This document shows positions 1-14,100 of a stretch of DNA of 64,000 nt, piece by piece. The DNA comes from Eledone cirrhosa (Eukaryota): assembly GCA_964016885.1 (NCBI GenBank), contig OZ024741.1:405108001-405172000 (forward strand). Direction: 5' to 3'. The number at the start of each line of letters is the position of its first letter. Position 1 is the first letter of the stretch. Under the pieces are notes generated by a model that did no database searches, was not told the origin of the DNA, and worked only from the letters and a program-made list of their open reading frames with translations. The position numbers were made by a program, and so were the translations under genes.

Positions 1-3000
1 ATAATTAATTGTGACAACCTTCACAACTACTTTATAAATAATTTTTACAGCTTTTCACAACTATTTTATAATTAATTGTGACAACCTTCACAACTATTTT
101 ATAATTAATTGTGACAACCTTCACAACTATTTTATAATTAATTTTTAAAGATTTTCACAACTATTTTATAATTAATTGTGACAACCTTCACAACTATTTT
201 ATAATTAATTGTGACAACCTTCACAACTATTTTATAATTAATTGTGACAACCTTCACAACTATTTTATAATGAATTGTGACAACCTTCACAACTATTTTA
301 TAATTAATTTTTACAGCTTTTCACAACTATTTTATAATTAATTGTGACAACCTTCACACCTATTTTATAATTAATTGTGACAACCTTCACAACTATTTTA
401 TAATTAATTGTTACAGATTTTCACAACTATTTTATAATTAATTGTGACAACCTTCACAACTATTTTATAATGAATTGTGACAACCTTCACAACTATTTTA
501 TAATTAATTTTTACAGCTTTTCACAACTATTTTATAATTAATTGTGACAACCTTCACAACTATTTAATAATTAATTTTTTCAGCTTTTCACAACTATTTT
601 ATAATGAACTGTGACAACCTTCACAACTATTTTATAATGAATTGTGACAACCTTCACAACTATTTTATAATGAATTGTGACAACCTTCACAAATATTTTA
701 TAATTAATTTTTACAGCTTTTCACAACTATTTTATAATTAATTGTGACAACCTTCACAACTATTTTATATTAATTGTGACAACCTTCACAACTATTTTAT
801 AATTAATTTTTACAGATTTTCACAACTATTTTATAATTAATTGTGACAAACTTCACAACTATTTTATAATTAATGTTTACAGCTTTTCACAACTATTTTA
901 TAATTAATAATTAATTATGACAACCTTCACAACTATTTTATAATTAATTGTGACAACCTTCACAACTATTTTATAATGAATTGTGACAACCTTCACAACT
1001 ATTTTATAAATAATTTTTACAGCTTTTCACAACTATTTTATAATTAATTGTGACAACCTTCACAACTATTTTATAATTAATCGTGACAACCTTCACAACT
1101 ATTTTATAATTGATTTTTACAGCTTTTCACAACTATTTTATAATTAATTGTGACAACCTTCACAACTATTTTATAATTAATTGTGACAACCTTCACAACT
1201 ATTTTATAATTAATTTTTACAGCTTTTCACAACTATTTTATAATGAATTGTGACAACATTCACAACTATTTTATAATGAATTGTGACAATCTTCACAACT
1301 ATTTTATAATTAATTGTGACAACCTTCACAACTATTTTACAATTAATTGTGACAACCTTCACAACTATTTTATAATGAATTGTGACAACCTTCACAACTA
1401 TTTTATAATTAATTGTGACAACCTTCACAACTATTTTATAATGAATTGTGACAACCTTCACAACTATTTTATAATGAATTGTGACAACATTCACAACTAT
1501 TTTATAGTTAATTTTTTCAGCTTTTCACAACTATTTTATAATGAATTGTGACAACCTTCACAACTTTTTAATAATGAATTGTGACAAACTTCACAACTAT
1601 TTTATAATTAATTGTGACAACCTTCACAACTACTTTATAAATAATTTTTACAGCTTTTCACAACTATTTTATAATTAATTGTGACAACCTTCACAACTAT
1701 TTTATAATTAATTGTGACAACCTTCACAACTACTTTAGAATTAATTTTTACAGCTTTTCACAACTATTTTATAATTAATTGTGACAACCTTCACTACTAT
1801 TTTATAATTTATTTTTACAGCTTTTCACAACTATTTTATAATGAATTGTGACAAACTTCACAACTATTTTATAATGAATTTTTACAGCTTTTCACAACTA
1901 TTTTATAATTAATTGTGACAACCTTCACAACTATTTTATAATTAATTTTTTCAGCTTTTCACAACTATTTTATAATGAACTGTGACAACCTTCACGACTA
2001 TTTTATAATTAATTTTTACAGCTTTTCACAACTATTTTATAATTAATTGTGACAACCTTCACAACTATTTTATAATGAATTGTGACAACCTTCACAACTA
2101 TTTTATAATGAATTGTGACAACCTTCACAACTATTTTATAATGAATTGTGACAACCTTCACAACTATTTTATAATGAATTGTGACAACATTCACAACTAT
2201 TTTATAATTAATTTTTTCAGATTTTCACAACTATTTTATAATGAATTGTGACAACCTTCACAACTATTTTATAATGAATTGTGACAAACTTCACAACTAT
2301 TTTATAATGAATTGTGACATCATTCACAACTATTTTATAATTAATTGTGACAACCTTCACAACTACTTTATAATTAATTTTTACAGCTTTTCACAACTAT
2401 TTTATAATTAATTGTGACAACCTTCACAACTATTTTATAATTAATTGTGACAAACTTCACAACTATTTTATAATTAATTGTGACAACCTTCACAACTATG
2501 TTATAATTAATTTTTACAGCTTTTCACAACTATTTTATAATTAATTGTGACAACCTTCACAACTATTTTAGAATTAATTTTTACAGCATTTCACAACTAT
2601 TTTATAATGAATTGTGACAACATTCACAACTATTTTATAATTAATTTTTACAGCTTTTCACAACTATTTTATAATTAATTGTGACAACCTTCACAACTAT
2701 TTTATAATTAATTTTTTCAGCTTTTCACAACTATTTTATAATGAACTGTGACAACCTCCACAAATATTTTATAATGAATTGTGTCAACCTTCACAACTAT
2801 TTTATAATGAATTGTGACAACCTTCACAACTATTTTATAATTAATTTTTACAGCTTTTCACAACTATTTTATAATTAATTGTGACAACCTTCACAACTAT
2901 TTTATAATTAATTGTGACAACCTTCACAACTATTTTATAATTAATTTTTACAGCTTTTCACAACTATTTTATAATGAATTGTGACAACCTTCACAAACTA

Positions 3001-4577
3001 TTTTATAATTAATTTTTACAGATTTTCACAACTATTTTATAATTAATTGTGACAACCTTCACAACTATTTTATAATGAATTATGACAACATTCACAACTA
3101 TTTTATAATTAATTTTTACAGCTTTTCACAACTATTTTATAATTAATTGTGACAACCTTCACAACTATTTTATAATTAATTGTGACAACCTTCACAACTA
3201 TTTTATAATTAATTTTTACAGCTTTTAACAACTATTTTATAATTAATTGTGACAACCTTCACAACTATTTTATAATTAATTGTGACAACCTTCACAACTA
3301 TTTTATAATTAATTTTTACAGATTTTCACAACTATTTTATAATTAATTGTGACAACCTTCACAACTATTTTATAATGAATTGTGACAACCTTCACAACTA
3401 TTTTATAATTAATTTTTACAGCTTTTCACAACTATTTTATAATTAATTGTGACAACCTTCACAAATATTTTATAATTGATTGTGACAACCTTCACAACTA
3501 TTTTATAATTAATTTTTACAGCTTTTCACAACTATTTTATAATGAATTGTGACAAACTTCACAACTATTTTATAATGAATTTTTACAGCTTTTCACAACT
3601 ATTTTATAATTAATTGTGACAACCTTCACAACTATTTTATAATTAATTTTTTCAGCTTTTCATAACTATTTTATAATGAACTGTGACAAGCTTCACAACT
3701 ATTTTATAATTAATTTTTACAGCTTTTCACAACTATTTTATAATTAATTGTGACAACCTTCACAACTATTTTATAATGAATTGTGACAACCTTCACAACT
3801 ATTTTATAATGAATTGTGACAACCTTCACAAGTATTTTATAATGAATTGTGACAACCTTCACAACTATTTCATAATGAATTGTGACAACCTTCACAACTA
3901 TGTTATAATTAATTTTTACAGCTTTTCACAACTATTTTATAATTAATTGTGACAACCTTCACAACTATTTTATAATTAATTTTTACAGCTTTTCACAACT
4001 ATTTTATAATTAATTGTGACAACCTTCACAACTATTTTATAATTAATTTTTACAGCTTTTCACAACTATTTTATAATTAATTGTGACAACCTTCAAAACT
4101 ATTTTATAATTAATTGTGACAACCTTCACAACTATTTTATAATTAATTGTGACAACCTTCACAACTATTTTATAATGAATTGTGACAACCTTCACAACTA
4201 TTTTATAATGAATTGTGACAACCTTCACAAGTATTTTATAATGAATTGTGACAACCTTCACAACTATTTTATAATGAATTGTGACAACCTTCACAACTAT
4301 GTTATAATTAATTTTTACAGCTTTTCACAACTATTTTATAATGAATTGTGACAACCTTCACAACTATTTTATAATTAATTTTTACAGCTTTTCACAACTA
4401 TTTTATAATTAATTGTGACAACCTTCACAACTATTTTATAATTAATTTTTTCAGCTTTTCACAACTATTTTATAATGAACTGTGACAACATTCACATCTA
4501 TTTTATAATGAATTGTGACAACCTTCACAATTATTTTATAATTAATTTTTACAGATTTTCACAACTATTTTATAATT

Positions 4578-5171
4578 AATTGTGACAACCTTCACAACTA
4601 TTTTATAATGAATTGTGACAACCTTCACAACTATTTTACAATTAATTGTGACAACCTTCGCAACAATTTTATAATGAATTGTGACAACCTTCACAACTAT
4701 TTTATAATTAATTGTGACAACCTTCACAACTATTTTATAATGAATTGTGACAACCTTCACAACTATTTTATAATGAATTGTGACAACCTTCACAACTATT
4801 TTATTATTAATTGTGACAACCTTCAAAACTATTTTATAATGAATTGTGACAACATTCACAACTATTTTATAATGAATTGTGACAACCTTCACAACTATTT
4901 TATAATTAATTGTGACAACATTCACAACTATTTTATAATGAATCGTGACAACCTTCACAACTATTTTATAATGAATTGTGACAACCTTCACAACTATTTT
5001 ATAATTAATTGTGACAACCTTCACAACTATTTTATAATGAATCGTGACAACCTTCACAACTATTTTATAATGAATTGTGACACCCTTCACAACTATTTTA
5101 TAATGAATTGTGACAACCTTCACAACTATTTTATAATGAATTGTGACAACATTCACAACTATTTTATAATT
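4578..5171. repeat. Run of 18 consecutive A monomers (copy 1)
   Basis: 594 bp = 18 x 33 with no B monomer. This run produces the 201/204-aa pseudo-ORFs. Confidence 0.9.
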
Positions 5172-7711
5172 AATTGTTTCAGCTTTTCACAACTATTTTA
5201 TAATGAATTGTGACAACCTTCACAACTATTTTATAATTAATTGTGACAACCTTCACAACTATTTTATAATTAATTTTTACAGCTTTTCACAACTATTTTA
5301 TAATTAATTGTGACAACCTTCACAACTATTTTATAATTAATTGTGACAACCTTCACAACTATTTTATAATTAATTGTGACAACCTTCACAACTATTTTAT
5401 AATTAATTTTTACAGCTTTTCACAACTATTTTATAATGAATTGTGACAACCTTCACAACTATTTTATAATTAATTTTTACAGCTTTTCACAACTATTTTA
5501 TAATTAATTGTGACAACCTTCACAACTATTTCATAATTAATTTTTTCAGCTTTTCACAACTATTTTATAATGAACTGTGACAACCTTCACAACTATTTTA
5601 TAATGAATTGTGACAACCTTCACAACTATTTTATAATGAATTGTGACAACCTTCACAAATATTTGATAATTAATTTTTACAGCTTTTCACAACTATTTTA
5701 TATTAATTGTGACAACCTTCACAACTATTTTATAATTAATTTTTACAGATTTTCACAACTATTTTATAATTAATTGTGACAAACTTCACAACTATTTTAT
5801 AATTAATTTTTACAGCTTTTCACAACTATTTTATAATTAATAATTAATTATGACAACCTTCACAACTATTTTATAATTAATTGTGACAACCTTCACAACT
5901 ATTTTATAATGAATTGTGAAAACCTTCACAACTATTTTATAATTGATTTTTACAGCTTTTCACAACTATTTTATAATTAATTGTGACAACCTTCACAACT
6001 ATTTTATAATTAATTGTGACAACCTTCACAACTATTTTATAATTAATTTTTACAGCTTTTCACAACTATTTTATAATGAATTGTGACAACATTCACAACT
6101 ATTTTATAATGAATTGTGACAATCTTCACAACTATTTTATAATTAATTGTGACAACCTTCACAACTATTTTACAATTAATTGTGACAACCTTCACAACTA
6201 TTTTATAATGAATTGTGACAACCTTCACAACTATTTTATAATTAATTGTGACAACCTTCACAACTATTTTATAATGAATTGTGACAACCTTCACAACTAT
6301 TTTATAATGAATTGTGACAACATTCACAACTATTTTATAGTTAATTTTTTCAGCTTTTCACAACTATTTTATAATGAATTGTGACAACCTTCACAACTTT
6401 TTAATAATGAATTGTGACAACCTTCACAACTATTTTATAATTAATTGTGACAACCTTAACAACTACTTTATAAATAATTTTTACAGCTTTTCACAACTAT
6501 TTTATAATTAATTGTGACAACCTTCACAACTATTTTATAATTAATTGTGACAACCTTCACAACTATTTTATAATTAATTTTTTAAGATTTTCACAACTAT
6601 TTTATAATTAATTGTGACAAACTTCACAACTATTTTATAATTAATTTTTACAGCTTTTCACAACTATTTTATAATTAATTGTGACAACCTTCACAACTAT
6701 TTTATAATTAATTTTTACAGCATTTCACAACTATTTTATAATGAATTGTGACAACCTTCACAACTATTTTATAATTAATTTTTACAGCATTTCACAACTA
6801 TTTTATAATTAATTGTGACAACCTTCACAACTATTTTATAATTAATTTTTTCAGCTTTTCACAACTATTTTATAATGAACTGTGACAACCTTCACAACTA
6901 TTTTATAATGAATTGTGACAACCTTCACAACTATTTTATAATGAATTGTGACAACCTTCACAACTATTTTATAATTAATTTTTACAGCTTTTCACAACTA
7001 TTTTATAATTAATTGTGACAACCTTCACAACTATTTTATAATTAATTGTGACAACCTTCACAACTATTTTATAATTAATTTTTACAGATTTTCAAAACTA
7101 TTTTATAATTAATTGTGACAACCTTCACAACTATTTTATAATGAATTGTGACAACCTTCACAAACTATTTTATAATTAATTTTTACAGATTTTCACAACT
7201 ATTTTATAATTAATTGTGACAACCTTCACAACTATTTTATAATGAATTGTGACAACCTTCACAACTATTTTATAATTAATTTTTACAGCTTTTCACAACT
7301 ATTTTATAATTAATTGTGACAACATTCACAACTATTTTATAATTAATTGTGACAACCTTCACAACTACTTTATAATTAATTGTTACAGATTTTCACAACT
7401 ATTTTATAATTAATTGTGACAACCTTCACAACTATTTTATAATGAATTGTGACAACCTTCACAACTATTTTATAATTAATTTTTACAGCTTTTCACAACT
7501 ATTTTATAATTAATTGTGACAACCTTCACAACTATTTAATAATTAATTTTTTCAGCTTTTCACAACTATTTTATAATGAACTGTGACAACCTTCACAACT
7601 ATTTTATAATGAATTGTGACAACCTTCACAACTATTTTATAATGAATTGTGACAACCTTCACAAATATTTTATAATTAATTTTTACAGCTTTTCACAACT
7701 ATTTTATAATT

Positions 7712-8305
7712 AATTGTGACAACCTTCACAACTATTTTATAATGAATTGTGACAACCTTCACAACTATTTTACAATTAATTGTGACAACCTTCGCAACAA
7801 TTTTATAATGAATTGTGACAACCTTCACAACTATTTTATAATTAATTGTGACAACCTTCACAACTATTTTATAATGAATTGTGACAACCTTCACAACTAT
7901 TTTATAATGAATTGTGACAACCTTCACAACTATTTTATTATTAATTGTGACAACCTTCAAAACTATTTTATAATGAATTGTGACAACATTCACAACTATT
8001 TTATAATGAATTGTGACAACCTTCACAACTATTTTATAATTAATTGTGACAACATTCACAACTATTTTATAATGAATCGTGACAACCTTCACAACTATTT
8101 TATAATGAATTGTGACAACCTTCACAACTATTTTATAATTAATTGTGACAACCTTCACAACTATTTTATAATGAATCGTGACAACCTTCACAACTATTTT
8201 ATAATGAATTGTGACACCCTTCACAACTATTTTATAATTAATTGTGACAACCTTCACAACTATTTTATAATGAATTGTGACAACATTCACAACTATTTTA
8301 TAATT
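7712..8305. repeat. Run of 18 consecutive A monomers (copy 2)
   Basis: 594 bp with the same rare variants as 4578-5171 (cgcaacaatt, ttattatt, ttcaaaac, aatcgtg twice, gacaccc). Confidence 0.9.
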
Positions 8306-11136
8306 AATTGTTTCAGCTTTTCACAACTATTTTATAATGAATTGTGACAACCTTCACAACTATTTTATAATGAATTGTGACAACCTTCACAACTATTTTA
8401 TAATTAATTGTGACAACCTTCACAACTATTTTATAATTAATTTTTACAGCTTTTCACAACTATTTTATAATTAATTGTGACAACCTTCACAACTATTTTA
8501 TAATTAATTGTGACAACCTTCACAACTATTTTATAATTAATTGTGACAACCTTCACAACTATTTTATAATTAATTTTTACAGCTTTTCACAACTATTTTA
8601 TAATGAATTGTGACAACCTTCACAACTATTTTATAATTAATTTTTACAGCTTTTCACAACTATTTTATAATTAATTGTGACAACCTTCACAACTATTTCA
8701 TAATTATTTTTTTCAGCTTTTCACAACTATTTTATAATGAACTGTGACAACCTTCACAACTATTTTATAATGAATTGTGACAACCTTCACAACTATTTTA
8801 TAATTAATTGTGACAACCTTCACAAATATTTGATAATTAATTTTTACAGCTTTTCACAACTATTTTATATTAATTGTGACAACCTTCACAACTATTTTAT
8901 AATTAATTTTTACAGATTTTCACAACTATTTTATAATTAATTGTGACAAACTTCACAACTATTTTATAATTAATTTTTACAGCTTTTCACAACTATTTTA
9001 TAATTAATAATTAATTATGACAACCTTCACAACTATTTTATAATTAATTGTGACAACCTTCACAACTATTTTATAATGAATTGTGACAACCTTCACAACT
9101 ATTTTATAATTGATTTTTACAGCTTTTCACAACTATTTTATAATTAATTGTGACAACCTTCACAACTATTTTATAATTAATTGTGACAACCTTCACAACT
9201 ATTTTATAATTAATTTTTACAGCTTTTCACAACTATTTTATAATGAATTGTGACAACATTCACAACTATTTTATAATGAATTGTGACAATCTTCACAACT
9301 ATTTTATAATTAATTGTGACAACCTTCACAACTATTTTACAATTAATTGTGACAACCTTCACAACTATTTTATAATGAATTGTGACAACCTTCACAACTA
9401 TTTTATAATTAATTGTGACAACCTTCACAACTATTTTATAATGAATTGTGACAACCTTCACAACTATTTTATAATGAATTGTGACAACATTCACAACTAT
9501 TTTATAGTTAATTTTTTCAGCTTTTCACAACTATTTTATAATGAATTGTGACAACCTTCACAACTTTTTAATAATGAATTGTGACAACCTTCACAACTAT
9601 TTTATAATTAATTGTGACAACCTTAACAACTACTTTATAAATAATTTTTACAGCTTTTCACAACTATTTTATAATTAATTGTGACAACCTTCACAACTAT
9701 TTTATAATTAATTGTGACAACCTTCACAACTATTTTATAATTAATTTTTTAAGATTTTCACAACTATTTTATAATTAATTGTGACAAACTTCACAACTAT
9801 TTTATAATTAATTTTTACAGCTTTTCACAACTATTTTATAATTAATTGTGACAACCTTCACAACTATTTTATAATTAATTTTTTCAGCTTTTCACAACTA
9901 TTTTATAATGAACTGTGACAACCTTCACAACTATTTTATAATGAATTGTGACAACCTTCACAACTATTTTATAATGAATTGTGACAACCTTCACAACTAT
10001 TTTATAATTAATTTTTACAGCTTTTCACAACTATTTTATAATTAATTGTGACAACCTTCACAACTATTTTATAATTAATTGTGACAACCTTCACAACTAT
10101 TTTATAATTAATTTTTACAGATTTTCACAACTATTTTATAATTAATTGTGACAACCTTCACAACTATTTTATAATGAATTGTGACAACCTTCACAAACTA
10201 TTTTATAATTAATTTTTACAGATTTTCACAACTATTTTATAATTAATTGTGACAACCTTCACAACTATTTTATAATGAATTGTGACAACCTTCACAACTA
10301 TTTTATAATTAATTTTTACAGCTTTTCACAACTATTTTATAATTAATTGTGACAACATTCACAACTATTTTATAATTAATTGTGACAACCTTCACAACTA
10401 CTTTATAATTAATTGTTACAGATTTTCACAACTATTTTATAATTAATTGTGACAACCTTCACAACTATTTTATAATGAATTGTGACAACCTTCACAACTA
10501 TTTTATAATTAATTTTTACAGCTTTTCACAACTATTTTATAATTAATTGTGACAACCTTCACAACTATTTAATAATTAATTTTTTCAGCTTTTCACAACT
10601 ATTTTATAATGAATTGTGACAACCTTCACAACTATTTTATAATGAATTGTGACAACCTTCACAACTATTTTATAATGAATTGTGACAACCTTCACAACTA
10701 TTTTATAATTAATTTTTACAGATTTTCACAACTATTTTATAATTAATTGTGACAAACTTCACAACTATTTTATAATTAATTTTTACAGCTTTTCACAACT
10801 ATTTTATAATTAATAATTAATTATGACAACCTTCACAACTATTTTATAATTAATTGTGACAACCTTCACAACTATTTTATAATGAATTGTGACAACCTTC
10901 ACAACTATTTTATAATTAATTTTTACAGCTTTTCACAACTATTTTATAATTAATTGTGACAACCTTCACAACTATTTTATAATTAATCGTGACAACCTTC
11001 ACAACTATTTTATAATTGATTTTTACAGCTTTTCACAACTATTTTATAATTAATTGTGACAACCTTCACAACTATTTTATAATTAATTGTGACAACCTTC
11101 ACAACTATTTTATAATTAATTTTTACAGCTTTTCAC

Positions 11137-14100
11137 AACTATTTTATAATGAATTGTGACAACATTCACAACTATTTTATAATGAATTGTGACAATCTTC
11201 ACAACTATTTTATAATTAATTGTGACAACCTTCACAACTATTTTACAATTAATTGTGACAACCTTCACAACTATTTTATAATGAATTGTGACAACCTTCA
11301 CAACTATTTTATAATTAATTGTGACAACCTTCACAACTATTTTATAATGAATTGTGACAACATTCACAACTATTTTATAGTTAATTTTTTCAGCTTTTCA
11401 CAACTATTTTATAATGAATTGTGACAACCTTCACAACTTTTTAATAATGAATTGTGACAACCTTCACAATTATTTTATAATTAATTGTGACAACCTTCAC
11501 AACTACTTTATAAATAATTTTTACAGCTTTTCACAACTATTTTATAATTAATTGTGACAACCTTCACAACTATTTTATAATTAATTGTGACAACCTTCAC
11601 AACTATTTTATAATTAATTTTTAAAGATTTTCACAACTATTTTATAATTAATTGTGACAACCTTCACAACTATTTTATAATTAATTGTGACAACCTTCAC
11701 AACTATTTTATAATTAATTTTTACAGCTTTTCACAACTATTTTATAATTAATTGTGACAACCTTCACAACTATTTTATAATTAATTTTTACAGCATTTCA
11801 CAACTATTTTATAATGAATTGTGACAACCTTCACAACTATTTTATAATTAATTTTTACAGCATTTCACAACTATTTTATAATTAATTGTGACAAACTTCA
11901 CAACTATTTTATAATTAATTTTTTCAGCTTTTCACAACTATTTTATAATGAACTGTGACAACCTTCACAACTATTTTATAATGAATTGTGACAACCTTCA
12001 CAACTATTTTATAATGAATTGTGACAACCTTCACAACTATTTTATAATTAATTTTTACAGCTTTTCACAACTATTTTATAATTAATTGTGACAACCTTCA
12101 CAACTATTTTATAATTAATTGTGACAACCTTCACAACTATTTTATAATTAATTTTTACAGATTTTCACAACTATTTTATAATTAATTGTGACAACCTTCA
12201 CAACTATTTTATAATGAATTGTGACAACCTTCACAAACTATTTTATAATTAATTTTTACAGATTTTCACAACTATTTTATAATTAATTGTGACAACCTTC
12301 ACAACTATTTTATAATGAATTGTGACAACCTTCACAACTATTTTATAATTAATTTTTACAGCTTTTCACAACTATTTTATAATTAATTGTGACAACCTTC
12401 ACAACTATTTTATAATTAATTGTGACAACCTTCACAACTATTTTATAATTAATTGTTACAGATTTACACAACTATTTTATAATGAATTGTGACAACCTTC
12501 ACAACTATTTTATAATGAATTGTGACAACCTTCACAACTATTTTATAATTAATTTTTACAGCTTTTCACAACTATTTTATAATTAATTGTGACAACCTTC
12601 ACAACTATTTTATAATTAATTGTGACAACCTTCACAACTACTTTAGAATTAATTTTTACAGCTTTTCACAACTATTTTATAATTAATTGTGACAACCTTC
12701 ACAACTACTTTAGAATTAATTTTTACAGCTTTTCACAACTATTTTATAATTAATTGTGACAACCTTCACAACTATTTTATAATGAATTGTGACAACCTTC
12801 GCAACTATTTTATAATGAATTGTGACAACCTTCACAACTATTTTATAATGAATTGTGACAACATTCACAACTATTTTATAATTAATTTTTTCAGATTTTC
12901 ACAACTATTTTATAATGAATTGTGACAACCTTCACAACTATTTTATAATGAATTGTGACAACCTTCACAACTATTTTATAATGAATTGTGACAACATTCA
13001 CAACTATTTTATAATTAATTGTGACAACCTTCACAACTACTTTATAATTAATTTTTACAGCTTTTCACAACTATTTTATAATTAATTGTGACAACCTTCA
13101 CAACTATTTTATAATTAATTGTGACAACCTTCACAACTATTTTATAATTAATTTTTAAAGATTTTCAAAACTATTTTATAATTAATTGTGACAACCTTCA
13201 CAACTATTTTATAATTAATTGTGTCAACCTTCACAACTATGTTATAATTAATTTTTACAGCTTTTCACAACTATTTTATAATTAATTGTGACAACCTTCA
13301 CAACTATTTTATAATTAATTTTTACAGCATTTCACAACTATTTTATAATGAATTGTGACAACCTTCACAACTATTTTATAATTAATTTTTACAGCTTTTC
13401 ACAACTATTTTATAATTAATTGTGACAACCTTCACAACTATTTTATAATTAATTTTTTCAGCTTTTCACAACTATTTTATAATGAACTGTGACAACCTTC
13501 ACAAATATTTCATAATGAATTGTGTCAACCTTCACAACTATTTTATAATGAATTGTGACAACCTTCACAACTATTTTATAATTAATTTTTACAGCTTTTC
13601 ACAACTATTTTATAATTAATTGTGACAACCTTCACAACTATTTTATAATTAATTGTGACAACCTTCACAACTATTTTATAATTAATTTTTACAGCTTTTC
13701 ACAACTATTTTATAATGAACTGTGACAACCTTCACAACTATTTTATAATGAATTGTGACAACCATCACAACTATTTTATAATTAATTGTGACAACCTTCA
13801 CAAACTATTTTATAATTAATTTTTACAGATTTTCACAACTATTTTATAATTAATTGTGACAACCTTCACAACTATTTTATAATGAATTATGACAACATTC
13901 ACAACTATTTTATAATTAATTTTTACAGCTTTTCACAACTATTTTATAATTAATTGTGACAACCTTCACAACTATTTTATAATTAATTGTGACAACCTTC
14001 ACAACTATTTTATAATTAATTTTTACAGATTTTCACAACTATTTTATAATTAATTGTGACAACCTTCACAACTATTTTATAATGAATTGTGACAACCTTC

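Larger units (their letters stand above)
4560..10700. repeat. Tandem duplication with a unit of about 3.13-3.17 kb
   Basis: Near-identical variant strings recur at offset 3134 (ORF track 4542/7676 and 4608/7742) and offset 3167 (5570/8737, 6043/9210, 7-bp insertion 5834/9001). The 33-bp difference equals one extra A monomer. Confidence 0.85.
1..11136. repeat. Left, more divergent array domain with long A-runs and private variants
   Basis: Contains the 7-bp duplication taattaataattaa (901, 5834, 9001, 10807), aatcgtgac and attgattttt variants, 18-mer A-runs and many singleton substitutions. The boundary is approximate. Confidence 0.7.

Noticed and set aside
42-50. 3' splice-acceptor-like ttttacag / ttttcag in B monomers
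   Set aside because: Expected by chance in T-rich DNA, with no exons or matching gene structure.
407-425. Apparent A/B chimeric monomers (aattgttacag, aattttgacaacc)
   Set aside because: Each differs from a parent type by a single base at the diagnostic position, so point mutation explains them as well as recombination.
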